Assembly: GCF_000392435.1 (NCBI RefSeq)
Contig: NC_021219.1
Coordinates: forward strand, 330,001-362,000
Direction: 5' to 3'
From: Candidatus Saccharimonas aalborgensis
GTDB taxonomy: Bacteria; Patescibacteriota; Saccharimonadia; Saccharimonadales; Saccharimonadaceae
Length of the DNA stretch: 32,000 bases
Made by a program: the position numbers and the translations under genes. This document shows positions 24,628 through 32,000 of this stretch, one piece after another. How positions within the stretch are numbered: the first letter of the stretch is position 1; every line of letters begins with the position of its first letter. Below the pieces are notes generated by a model. The model saw only the letters and a list, made by a program, of their open reading frames with translations, did no database searches and was not told the DNA's origin.

Positions 24628-24676
24628 TATTTGTATCTCTGTTTTTATTGGCTTTAGTGGCAATCATACCAATGGC

Positions 24677-25783
24677 TCAACTAAACAAGCCTCGTTTGGC
24701 CGCTCCATCAAATTGCTCGAGCAACTCACGCTGTTTTTTGCTTAACTTGGTTGGAGTGTCCACTACGATACTGACAATGTGTGCGCCGCGTGATTCACTC
24801 CGTAGGTGTGGCACGCCGTGTCCCGAGAGTTTAAAGTCTGTCCCGCTCTGTGTCCCAGCGGGTATTTTCATGGTGACCGTCCCGTCCACGGTCTCAATAT
24901 CAATTTCACAGCCAAGTGTTGCCTGTACAAAACTAATGTGCTCTTCGCTCAAGATGAGGTTACCTTCACGCGTGAACTTCTTGTGAGCTTTGACTCGAAT
25001 ATGCACATACAGATCGCCCTTACTACCACCGCCAATTGCCTCACCATGACCTTTCAGACGAATGGTAGCCCCATCGTCAATTCCCGCTGGTATTTTTACG
25101 GTGATCATTTGTTCACGTCGCTCAGTGCCGGTACCACGACAGCGCGTGCAGGCTTTCTCCGGTACCTTGCCTTTACCTTTACAATCATTACAGGTAACCG
25201 CCTGCTGGATAGCACCGAACATGGTGTTGACAACGCGAATCTGTTGTCCAGCGCCCTTACATGTCTCGCAATTTTTCACACTATAGCCGGGTTCGACCGT
25301 GGATCCCTTACAATGAGTACATTCGTCGTCAAGAACAAGGTTTATTTTTTCTTCTTTACCAAACACTGCCTCCTCAAAGGAAAGTGTTAGCCTAGTCTCC
25401 ACATCTCGCCCGCGCGATGGACCATACGTTTGTTGCGGACCGCCCCCGAAGAACTGACTAAAGATATCACCAAATGCACCGTTACCTCCAAAATCAAAGT
25501 GAACATCCTGACCGTTGAAATTGAATCCCTCAAACGGATTACCGCCGTTCCCACCGCCACCCGCGCCACCAACGCCAGCGTGACCAAACTGATCGTAGCG
25601 TTGGCGTTTTTGTTTATCTTTGAGCACCTCGTAGGCTTCATTGATTTCTTTGAACTTCGCCTCGTCACCACCCTCTTTGTCTGGGTGGTGCTTTACGGCA
25701 GCCTTACGGAAGGCTTTCTTGATCTCATCATCACTAGCGCTTTTGTCGACGCCAAGAACTTCATAATAATCACGTTTTGTCAT
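24677..25783 (-). CDS. dnaJ: Chaperone DnaJ (Hsp40)
   Basis: J domain (DYYEVLGV...HPDK), Gly-rich linker, four CxxCxGxG zinc-finger repeats ([32 protein letters not shown]) and a C-terminal substrate-binding domain. ATG 25783. Confidence 0.96.
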   Translation of the reverse strand: MTKRDYYEVLGVDKSASDDEIKKAFRKAAVKHHPDKEGGDEAKFKEINEAYEVLKDKQKRQRYDQFGHAGVGGAGGGGNGGNPFEGFNFNGQDVHFDFGGNGAFGDIFSQFFGGGPQQTYGPSRGRDVETRLTLSFEEAVFGKEEKINLVLDDECTHCKGSTVEPGYSVKNCETCKGAGQQIRVVNTMFGAIQQAVTCNDCKGKGKVPEKACTRCRGTGTERREQMITVKIPAGIDDGATIRLKGHGEAIGGGSKGDLYVHIRVKAHKKFTREGNLILSEEHISFVQATLGCEIDIETVDGTVTMKIPAGTQSGTDFKLSGHGVPHLRSESRGAHIVSIVVDTPTKLSKKQRELLEQFDGAAKRGLFS

Positions 25784-25792
25784 ACTGTATGT

Positions 25793-25821
25793 AGTATACG
25801 AAATTAGCACTCAGTATGCAA
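25793..25821 (-). promoter_or_regulatory. dnaJ promoter whose -35 lies inside the CIRCE spacer
   Basis: The minus strand reads TTGCAT (within the CIRCE N9), a 17-nt spacer (ACT + GAGTGCTAA + TTTCG) and TATACT, then 9 nt to the ATG. The geometry is the same as at the dnaK promoter. Confidence 0.5.
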
Positions 25822-25830
25822 GAGTGCTAA
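25804..25830 (-). promoter_or_regulatory. CIRCE operator (HrcA binding site), perfect consensus
   Basis: TTAGCACTC-AGTATGCAA-GAGTGCTAA matches TTAGCACTC-N9-GAGTGCTAA exactly. It abuts the stop codon of the upstream FAD oxidase gene. Confidence 0.9.
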
Positions 25831-27477
25831 TTAGAAATGTTCACGGATATGTTTAAAACTATATTCCCACGTAGCATCTGTCTTCTTGTGAGGATTGAAT
25901 ATGTTTTGGGGATCAAACAACTCTTTGACCTCTCGCATATACCGAAGTACAGTCGGTGTATACATCTGCTCCAGCCATGGACCACGTACCAAACCGTCGT
26001 TATGCTCACCACTTACACTCCCACCGTAACTAATTACGAGAGTATTCACTTCCTTCATCGCTGGCTCGAACTTCGCTCGCTCCGCAGGATCTTCGATTTT
26101 CATGAGGGGAATTACGTGGAAATTACCATCGCCTAAGTGTCCGGCAATGGTTGCAAGGAGATTGTACTTCTTTATGATCCCGCGCAGCTGAGGCAGAAAT
26201 TCACTCAGTCGAGCTGGCGGCACGACGAGATCATCAATGAAGGGTGCTGTATGTTTTTCCTTTACCTTGCTACGAAGCAGGTTAAAGCTCTCACGACGCA
26301 TGAGCCAAAACTTACGACTCGCTGCTTCGGTATCATCCTCCTCCATATAGCTAAACTTGAAGCGTGAGAGATCTTTTTTTGCGGTATGGATTTTTTGTTT
26401 TACTTCGTCAACACTATCCCCAGTAAACTCGATGAGTAGTATCATCTTTGGCACACCGCGTAGCAGTGCGAGTCCATCTGGGATAAGCTGCAAACACATA
26501 ATTACCCAGGTGATGAAACCAAGTCGCTTGATAAACGCAAAAATAAACTTAAAACTAAGCCACAACGTGTTGTCGTCGAAGCATTCAAACGTAGCAGGCT
26601 TGTGAGCCAGTACGGCGGGAATAAGCTCACCTAGATTGTCAATATCTCGCATATAACAAACCAGTGTACCGGCATGGGTTGGCTTTGGCACTAATTTAAT
26701 GGTCGCCTCAGTCATAATGCCCAGCGTTCCCTGCGCCCCCACAAACAGCTTTGTCATATCAAATATGCCGGTGTCTCTATTCCATACATTCCAGAGGTGA
26801 TAGCCCGTGGCATCTTTTGTCACTTTTGGAGCTGCTGCCTGTATCTCATCGTAGTGCTGATCAAGCAACTCAAACGTCCTCTGATATAAGTGCGCTTCGT
26901 AGTCACCCTGATTCATTTTTGCGTTTAGCTCATCTCGGTTAAGGGGACGCATCGTGTACTCATTACCGTCACCGAGCACTACTTTCATTTCTGATACATA
27001 GCGATCGGTCTTACCAAACTGAAGCGACTTCTCGCCACCTGAGTTGTTGTTTACTATTCCACCCATGCCTGCCAACTCGCGACTAGCCGGGTAACTTGGC
27101 AAAATACTTCCATATTTGAGCGTCTCTACTTCAAAATCTTTATACATCATACCCGGCTCAACACGTGCCGACTCGGCTGAAACATCGTAGACGTTTACCA
27201 TATATTTGCTGGTATCGATGATAATAGAGTCATTGATAGCGGCGCCCGACATGTCAGTACCGCGAGACCTTGCAGTGACACTCAAACTGAGATCATCTGC
27301 TTTGTACTGGGCAACAAAAGAAACAACTGATTTTATATCGCCCGCATGCTTTGGGAAAACAATTACTTCTGGTCGTAGCTCAAATAAGCTGGCATCATGA
27401 CTATAAAACTCTCTGGCCTGATCGCTGGCATCAACATCACCCTCAATAATACTCGAAAGCTCACCCTTTAGGTCCAT
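25831..27477 (-). CDS. FAD-linked oxidase (GlcD / D-lactate dehydrogenase-like; FAD_binding_4 plus FAD-oxidase C-terminal domain)
   Basis: N-terminal PCMH-type FAD-binding pattern (VIVFPKHAGDIKSVVSF...VTARSRGTDMSGAAI), and C-terminal GHLGDGNFHVIP and GGSVSGEHNDGLVRG motifs. ATG 27477 (MDLKGELSSII) is preferred over the GTG at 27510. Confidence 0.8.
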   Translation of the reverse strand: MDLKGELSSIIEGDVDASDQAREFYSHDASLFELRPEVIVFPKHAGDIKSVVSFVAQYKADDLSLSVTARSRGTDMSGAAINDSIIIDTSKYMVNVYDVSAESARVEPGMMYKDFEVETLKYGSILPSYPASRELAGMGGIVNNNSGGEKSLQFGKTDRYVSEMKVVLGDGNEYTMRPLNRDELNAKMNQGDYEAHLYQRTFELLDQHYDEIQAAAPKVTKDATGYHLWNVWNRDTGIFDMTKLFVGAQGTLGIMTEATIKLVPKPTHAGTLVCYMRDIDNLGELIPAVLAHKPATFECFDDNTLWLSFKFIFAFIKRLGFITWVIMCLQLIPDGLALLRGVPKMILLIEFTGDSVDEVKQKIHTAKKDLSRFKFSYMEEDDTEAASRKFWLMRRESFNLLRSKVKEKHTAPFIDDLVVPPARLSEFLPQLRGIIKKYNLLATIAGHLGDGNFHVIPLMKIEDPAERAKFEPAMKEVNTLVISYGGSVSGEHNDGLVRGPWLEQMYTPTVLRYMREVKELFDPQNIFNPHKKTDATWEYSFKHIREHF

Positions 27478-27525
27478 ATCTGTATGGTACTGGTTTACGC
27501 CTAAAAGCACAAGTGAATTGGGGTA

Positions 27526-28506
27526 CTATTGTCGCTCCAGCATGCGATCAGTCTCATCGGCAATCTCATGACCAATAATCTCCTCGATCAGGTCTTCGAT
27601 AGTAACGATACCGATAATGTGATCGTCTTTTTCAACTGGTATCAGATGTGACCGCACTGAAAAGAAGTGCCGCAATAGCGTATCGAGCGCTGTTCGGCTA
27701 CCGACCATTTTTGTCTTGTGTAAACGAAACGCGTGAACCGGTAGCGGATTCTCATCAAAATCAACGTCTACCATGTCTTTCATAAGGAGTACGCCAAAAC
27801 AATGTGTTCGCTCGCGATCAAAAATAGGGATACGGCTATAGCCGTGCGCTTTGATATCGTCAACAGTATCAGCATCAAGGATTGCATCGTAGCGAAGCCA
27901 ATACACGTCCTTGATTGGTCTCATAATGTCTTTAATTTGCTTCTCGCTCATGAGCAGGGCACTCTTGATAATCTCTACCTCATCGTCGTCGAGCTCACTT
28001 GCCCCATCGTCAGCGTGCTCACCGATCAGAAGCCCAAGCTCATCCCTCGAATGAAGGTGAAGTTGTTCGTGACCCACCAATTTGTCCAAGAGCATCTGCA
28101 AAGGTTTTGAGACCGGGTACGTAAGCCAAATCGTAAACCACAAGAAGGGTGACAGAAACGAACAAAACTTGAGTGCGCGTTTCACGAAAATAGCTTGCGG
28201 CACAACCTCGCCAAAGATGACGATGAGAAGTGTGCTGACTATACCGGCAATCAATCCCCCTGTATGATGCTCGAGGATAAGAGCGCTCGTAGAAACAACG
28301 GCAACGTTAGCAAGCAAAATAGCAGATAAGGAAAGATGGCTGTTTTTCCTGAGCGGGTATACCCTCGCTGCGTCGACATTACCGAGCCGTCGTTTTCGAC
28401 CCAAGTCAGTCCGCGAAAGCGACATAAGCGCAATATTGAGTCCCGAGTAAATGCCCGAGAGACCAACAAGGAGTAATACCTCAAGAACGATGATGAACGT
28501 GTCCAT
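27526..28506 (-). CDS. CNNM/DUF21 transmembrane domain plus CBS-pair protein (CorB/TlyC-like putative divalent-cation transporter), lacking the CorC_HlyC C-terminal domain
   Basis: N-terminal DUF21-type membrane domain (VLLLVGLSGIYSGLNIALMSL...FGEVVPQAIF) followed by two CBS motifs (IMRPIKDVYWL...YSRIPIF and IIGIVTIEDLIEEIIG). Confidence 0.8.
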   Translation of the reverse strand: MDTFIIVLEVLLLVGLSGIYSGLNIALMSLSRTDLGRKRRLGNVDAARVYPLRKNSHLSLSAILLANVAVVSTSALILEHHTGGLIAGIVSTLLIVIFGEVVPQAIFVKRALKFCSFLSPFLWFTIWLTYPVSKPLQMLLDKLVGHEQLHLHSRDELGLLIGEHADDGASELDDDEVEIIKSALLMSEKQIKDIMRPIKDVYWLRYDAILDADTVDDIKAHGYSRIPIFDRERTHCFGVLLMKDMVDVDFDENPLPVHAFRLHKTKMVGSRTALDTLLRHFFSVRSHLIPVEKDDHIIGIVTIEDLIEEIIGHEIADETDRMLERQ

Positions 28507-28520
28507 TTGTATAGTAATGA

Positions 28521-28529
28521 ATTATACCA
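28521..28529 (-). promoter_or_regulatory. Extended -10 promoter TGGTATAAT for the CNNM / FAD-oxidase pair
   Basis: The minus strand reads TGGTATAAT 14 nt upstream of ATG 28506, just downstream of the dnaK terminator. There is no Shine-Dalgarno in the implied leader of about 7 nt. Confidence 0.45.
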
Positions 28530-28589
28530 TACATTGCCAATCAGCTCTATTCTTTTCCCATAGGCTCGCTTCATTATCTCTATACAAAC

Positions 28590-28615
28590 GTGAGGTGTTG
28601 CATGCAACACCTCAC
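28590..28615 (-). terminator. Intrinsic terminator-like hairpin after dnaK
   Basis: GTGAGGTGTTGCATGCAACACCTCAC is a perfect 26-nt palindrome 22 nt past the dnaK stop. On the minus strand it is followed by GTTTGTAT, a weak U-tract. Confidence 0.6.
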
Positions 28616-28637
28616 CCGACTATCTTTCACACAACAA

Positions 28638-30533
28638 CTACTTTTCGTCGACAACTTCGCCTTCGACTGGCTCTTCCTTGTTCGACTTCTTACTATCCGA
28701 AGATGTAGCCTCGTCCTCGTTTTTATCCTCAGCAGCTTGCTGATACATTTTGGCACCGATCGGCATGATAGCATCGTTCAAGGCTTTTGTTGCAGCCTCT
28801 AGTTCATCTTTATCGGTTGCTTCCTTGTGCTTTTCAGCCTCTGCGACAGCTTCCTCGATGGCTTTTTTGTCATCATCGGAAATCTTGTCTTTGAACTCAT
28901 CGGGCATTTTCTTCGCTTGGTAAATAGCGTTTTCAAGCTGATTTTTTGCGTCGATTGTCTCACGCTTTTTCTTATCTTCGTCAGCGTGCAATTCTGCCTC
29001 TTTTTGCGCCTTCTCGATATCTTCTTTGCTCATGTTACCGGAGTTTTGAATGGTGATGGACTGCTCTTTACCCGTGCCCTTGTCCTTTGCGGTGACATTA
29101 AGGATACCGTTGGCATCAATGTTGAAGGTAACTTCAATCTGTGGCATCCCGCGAGGTGCAGGTGCAATTCCATCGAGGATGAATCGTCCGAGACTCTTGT
29201 TGTCCTGAGCAAACTCCCGCTCACCCTGCAACACATGGATTTCTACCTGTGGCTGATTGTCGCTGGCTGTCGAGAATACCTCGCTCTTACTCGTTGGAAC
29301 TGTGGTATTTCGTTCGATCAACTTTGTTGACACCCCGCCCATGGTTTCAATACCGAGGCTAAGCGGTGTCACGTCGAGGAGTAGTACGTCCTTGACATCT
29401 CCGGCAAGAACTCCACCCTGAATAGCAGCTCCAATAGCGACCACTTCATCAGGATTAACACCCTGCATTGGGTCTTTACCAAATAGTTTTTTGACCCTCT
29501 CCACGACAGCGGGCATGCGAGTCATACCACCTACCATCACCACTTCATTAATATCACCCTTTGATAATTTGGCGTCTTTGAGAGCTTTTTCAACTGGCCC
29601 ATCAAGCCGATCAAGCAGTGAAGCCACAAGCTCTTCGAGCTTAGCACGGCTCAGCTTGAGCTCAAAGTGCTTTGGACCGTCAGCATCTGCCGTGATGAAT
29701 GGGATATTGACTTCGTACTCTGTGACAGTCGAGAGCTCTTTCTTGGCCTTCTCAGCCTCATCCTTGAGACGCTGCATTGCAGCGTTATCTTTGCGTAGAT
29801 CAATGCCGTCAGTCTTTTTAAATTCGTCGAGGAAGTAATTGACGATCGTGTTGTCGAAATCTTCACCCCCGAGGTGAGTATCACCGTTGGTTGACTTTAC
29901 TTCAAATACACCGTCACCGAGCTCGAGAATTGATACATCGAACGTACCGCCGCCGAGATCGAAGACGACAATCTTTTCTTCTTTACCTTTTTCGAGACCA
30001 TAGGCGAGTGCCGCTGCAGTTGGCTCGTTGATGATGCGCTTAACCTCAAGTCCGGCAATCTTGCCCGCGTCTTTCGTCGCCTGACGCTGTGAGTCGTCAA
30101 AATAAGCAGGAACGGTAATAACAGCCTCGGTGACTTTCTCGCCCAAAAATGCCTCGGCGTCTGCTTTAATCTTGCTAAGGATCATCGCCGAAACTTCTTC
30201 AGGAGTATACTCCTTGCCTGCCATTTTCACGCCAACACCACTTTGATGCTTCACAATCTCAAACGGCATGATATCAATGTCTTTTTGTACCTCCTTGTCG
30301 CTGAACTTGCGGCCAATCAGACGCTTGATACCGTAGATTGTATTCTTAGCATTCGTTACACGTTGACGTTGCGCGACTTGCCCTACAAGACGCTCACCAG
30401 ATTTATTAACTGCCACAACACTTGGTGTCGTACGATTACCTTCGGCGTTCGCAATAACCTCTGGTTTGCCAGCTACTAGGTAAGCAAACGCGCTGTTAGT
30501 TGTTCCAAGATCAATCCCTATAATTTTTCCCAT
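28638..30533 (-). CDS. dnaK: Chaperone DnaK (Hsp70)
   Basis: [37 protein letters not shown], and the substrate-binding domain and lid. ATG 30533 has an AAGGAGG Shine-Dalgarno about 10 nt upstream. Confidence 0.98.
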   Translation of the reverse strand: MGKIIGIDLGTTNSAFAYLVAGKPEVIANAEGNRTTPSVVAVNKSGERLVGQVAQRQRVTNAKNTIYGIKRLIGRKFSDKEVQKDIDIMPFEIVKHQSGVGVKMAGKEYTPEEVSAMILSKIKADAEAFLGEKVTEAVITVPAYFDDSQRQATKDAGKIAGLEVKRIINEPTAAALAYGLEKGKEEKIVVFDLGGGTFDVSILELGDGVFEVKSTNGDTHLGGEDFDNTIVNYFLDEFKKTDGIDLRKDNAAMQRLKDEAEKAKKELSTVTEYEVNIPFITADADGPKHFELKLSRAKLEELVASLLDRLDGPVEKALKDAKLSKGDINEVVMVGGMTRMPAVVERVKKLFGKDPMQGVNPDEVVAIGAAIQGGVLAGDVKDVLLLDVTPLSLGIETMGGVSTKLIERNTTVPTSKSEVFSTASDNQPQVEIHVLQGEREFAQDNKSLGRFILDGIAPAPRGMPQIEVTFNIDANGILNVTAKDKGTGKEQSITIQNSGNMSKEDIEKAQKEAELHADEDKKKRETIDAKNQLENAIYQAKKMPDEFKDKISDDDKKAIEEAVAEAEKHKEATDKDELEAATKALNDAIMPIGAKMYQQAAEDKNEDEATSSDSKKSNKEEPVEGEVVDEK

Positions 30534-30574
30534 TTCGTGTTTTCCTCCTTTGTTACATAGCTTGTTCTGGTAAC

Positions 30575-30601
30575 TTAGCACTCCTCGCAGGATAGTGCTA
30601 A
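30575..30601 (-). promoter_or_regulatory. CIRCE operator (one mismatch), located in the predicted dnaK 5' UTR
   Basis: The minus strand reads TTAGCACTA-TCCTGCGAG-GAGTGCTAA (17 of 18 arm positions). It begins 11 nt after the -10 box. Confidence 0.8.
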
Positions 30602-30612
30602 TTTATATCTCA

Positions 30613-30641
30613 ATCATAGTAAGTTAGCACTCTCATGTCAA
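30613..30641 (-). promoter_or_regulatory. dnaK promoter with a consensus -35 embedded in the upstream CIRCE spacer
   Basis: The minus strand reads TTGACA (inside the CIRCE N9), a 17-nt spacer (TGA + GAGTGCTAA + CTTAC) and TATGAT. Confidence 0.6.
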
Positions 30642-30650
30642 GAGTGCTAA
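30624..30650 (-). promoter_or_regulatory. CIRCE operator, perfect consensus, overlapping the dnaK promoter
   Basis: TTAGCACTC-TCATGTCAA-GAGTGCTAA on the plus strand. Both arms match perfectly. Confidence 0.9.
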
Positions 30651-30684
30651 CATTGTGTTATTAACATCATTTTAGCTAAAGCTA

Positions 30685-31140
30685 TCACTGACGCGTGACT
30701 TTTACCATGGCGGGTCGGATGACACTATCTGCCAGCATATACCCAGCCTGAAGTTCAGCCGCGATAACTTCGTTCTCACCCTCTGCTTCATCAAACTGCA
30801 CTGCTTGATGAAAATGAGGGTTGAACTGCACACCGGGCGCAGCGTCTATGCGGGTAACACCCAGCTCCGCGAGAGTTGCACTGAGCTGCTTTGCCAGACC
30901 AACTACTCCCTGAACCCACTGGTTTTCAGAAAGCTCGCCTGGTGCATGCGAAATTGCCCGTTCAATCGTGTCAATAATGGGAAGGAGCTTGAGAACCATT
31001 TTCTCTTCCCCTCGCTCCATCATCTGCTGCTTCTCCATTTCGGCGCGTTTACGATAATTTTCAAAATCAGCGCGGGTACGCTGCAAGTCTCTCGTTAACT
31101 CAAGCAAATGATCTATCTCGTCAGTTTGCTTTTTTTTCAT
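30685..31140 (-). CDS. grpE: Nucleotide exchange factor GrpE
   Basis: LQRTRADFENYRKRAEME (the GrpE DFxNYRKR motif) and a C-terminal beta domain (GYMLADSVIRPAMVKV). 151 aa. Confidence 0.93.
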   Translation of the reverse strand: MKKKQTDEIDHLLELTRDLQRTRADFENYRKRAEMEKQQMMERGEEKMVLKLLPIIDTIERAISHAPGELSENQWVQGVVGLAKQLSATLAELGVTRIDAAPGVQFNPHFHQAVQFDEAEGENEVIAAELQAGYMLADSVIRPAMVKVTRQ

Positions 31141-31375
31141 TAGTTATCTCCTTTGCTTTGGCCAGTGTGTCGTGTTTGTGCTTGCCTTGTTGTGTACGAT
31201 GCGCATAAAAATAATACGTCAACGAGCCACTCACGCCAAATATCCCAAACATGATGCAAAAAATAACAAACGAGCGAACGTCACCACCGGTGATATCGAC
31301 GGAATACTTCAGTAGTAAACCGCCCGAAACAATAGCTACCACAAAACTCACAAGATAAAAATGATAACGACTCAT
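31121..31375 (-). CDS. Small two-TM membrane protein inserted between hrcA and grpE
   Basis: ATG 31375 (MSRYHFYLVSFVVAIVSGGLLL...VIFCIMFGIFGVSGSLTYYFY...) lies 4 nt after the hrcA stop. The 3' end overlaps the grpE start by 20 nt. It has two hydrophobic helices and a basic tail. The ORF-track start at 31405 would overlap hrcA. Confidence 0.45.
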   Translation of the reverse strand: MSRYHFYLVSFVVAIVSGGLLLKYSVDITGGDVRSFVIFCIMFGIFGVSGSLTYYFYAHRTQQGKHKHDTLAKAKEITNEKKAN

Positions 31376-31379
31376 TTTT

Positions 31380-32000
31380 TTATAATACCTCCTCCAGCAT
31401 TGCACCAGTTCGCTTCACGAGCTGCATGGTACGTGCATAGTTTTGCCTAGTCGGGCCAATAACACCGATATAGCTACGATCGCTATAGGGGGATCGAAAC
31501 TTACTAATAATCAATGTCGCGCCGCTTGTCTTACCAATTGGGTTCTCGCTCCCGATGAAAACATTTAGTGGCTGGTTGGGTGAAGCCTCTCGAAGCCAGG
31601 GCTCGATATTATCGAGCAAGCTTGCGATCTTCTGCACATGTCCCCCAACCAAAAACTCCGGCTGACTGAAGAGATTACTGATACCGTTCATGTACAGCTC
31701 ACTACCTATCGTTGCAAATCCTAAGTTCCCCGTAAGTTCCACTAGACTATCAACTGCACTGCGAATAGCCCTGTCGCTATGAGCAATCTGAGCGGTGACG
31801 TGGGCCTCAATCGCTCGTGTACTACGATCAATTCCGCTAGGCAACTCTGACATCTGTGCATCAGTGATGCTGTTAACATAAAGACGATAGCCCCTATCGG
31901 TCGGGATACGTCCCGCACTAGTATGCGGCGCCGTGATGAGCCCGAGATCTTCAAGCCGTGCCATTTCAGATCGAATAGTTGCGCTGCTGACTCCAAAGAG
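31380..32000 (-). CDS. hrcA: Heat-inducible transcription repressor HrcA (N-terminus outside the window)
   Basis: The frame stays open to the window edge: [42 protein letters not shown] is the conserved HrcA winged-helix region. Cognate CIRCE sites are present nearby. Confidence 0.9.
   Translation of the reverse strand, partial: LFGVSSATIRSEMARLEDLGLITAPHTSAGRIPTDRGYRLYVNSITDAQMSELPSGIDRSTRAIEAHVTAQIAHSDRAIRSAVDSLVELTGNLGFATIGSELYMNGISNLFSQPEFLVGGHVQKIASLLDNIEPWLREASPNQPLNVFIGSENPIGKTSGATLIISKFRSPYSDRSYIGVIGPTRQNYARTMQLVKRTGAMLEEVL

Noticed and set aside
1-32000. Alternative genetic code (UGA recoding as in some candidate phyla), CRISPR arrays, IS elements and defence islands
   Set aside because: All conserved genes are intact under the standard code, and TGA is used as a genuine stop (pilM, the pilO-like gene, the 8509 ORF). 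By eye I found no short-repeat and spacer periodicity, transposase, integrase or nuclease-helicase defence-type gene.

Overview
This 32-kb window is densely coding (over 90%). I support 31 protein genes, 1 intact tRNA, and a set of promoters, terminators and operators read by eye. Gene content looks like the core chromosome of a small-genome, monoderm-type bacterium. A type IV pilus without a secretin, comEC, a sortase, truncated TsaB, CIRCE/HrcA control and about 48-50% GC suggest Patescibacteria/Saccharibacteria. That placement is inference only.

Layout:
- Left end: sortase 3' end, NUDIX hydrolase, RNase Y, tsaB-tsaE.
- Plus strand: a type IV pilus operon, pilB-pilC-pilM-pilN-pilO-like, followed by a small TM protein and a double PRC-barrel protein.
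- Middle: recX-recA, a stand-alone type IV pilin, a PH-domain membrane protein, ruvB, an orphan gene, ruvA, a class A PBP, ruvC, a large LTD-like surface protein, yebC, comEC.
- Then tRNA-Lys(UUU) and a membrane protein.
- Then an ATP-grasp / retropepsin-like / rimK operon.
- Right end: a heat-shock locus, hrcA-(small TM)-grpE-dnaK-[CNNM, FAD oxidase]-dnaJ, carrying three CIRCE operators.

I saw no transposase, integrase, CRISPR array, recognisable defence system or toxin-antitoxin pair, and no evidence of stop-codon recoding.

I do not see a clear-cut novel system. The best candidates for follow-up are:
1. The physical clustering of DNA-uptake and recombination genes, including an uncharacterised LTD-like surface protein with CX12C repeats close to comEC.
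2. Unassigned genes at the tail of the pilus operon.
3. The dual ATP-grasp plus retropepsin-like operon.
4. Promoter-embedded and tandem CIRCE modules.
5. A decayed tRNA-like element in the tRNA-Lys leader.
6. Recurrent extended -10 boxes placed 6-9 nt from start codons, which implies leaderless mRNAs.

All domain calls come from motif recognition by eye. No HMM or BLAST search was run.
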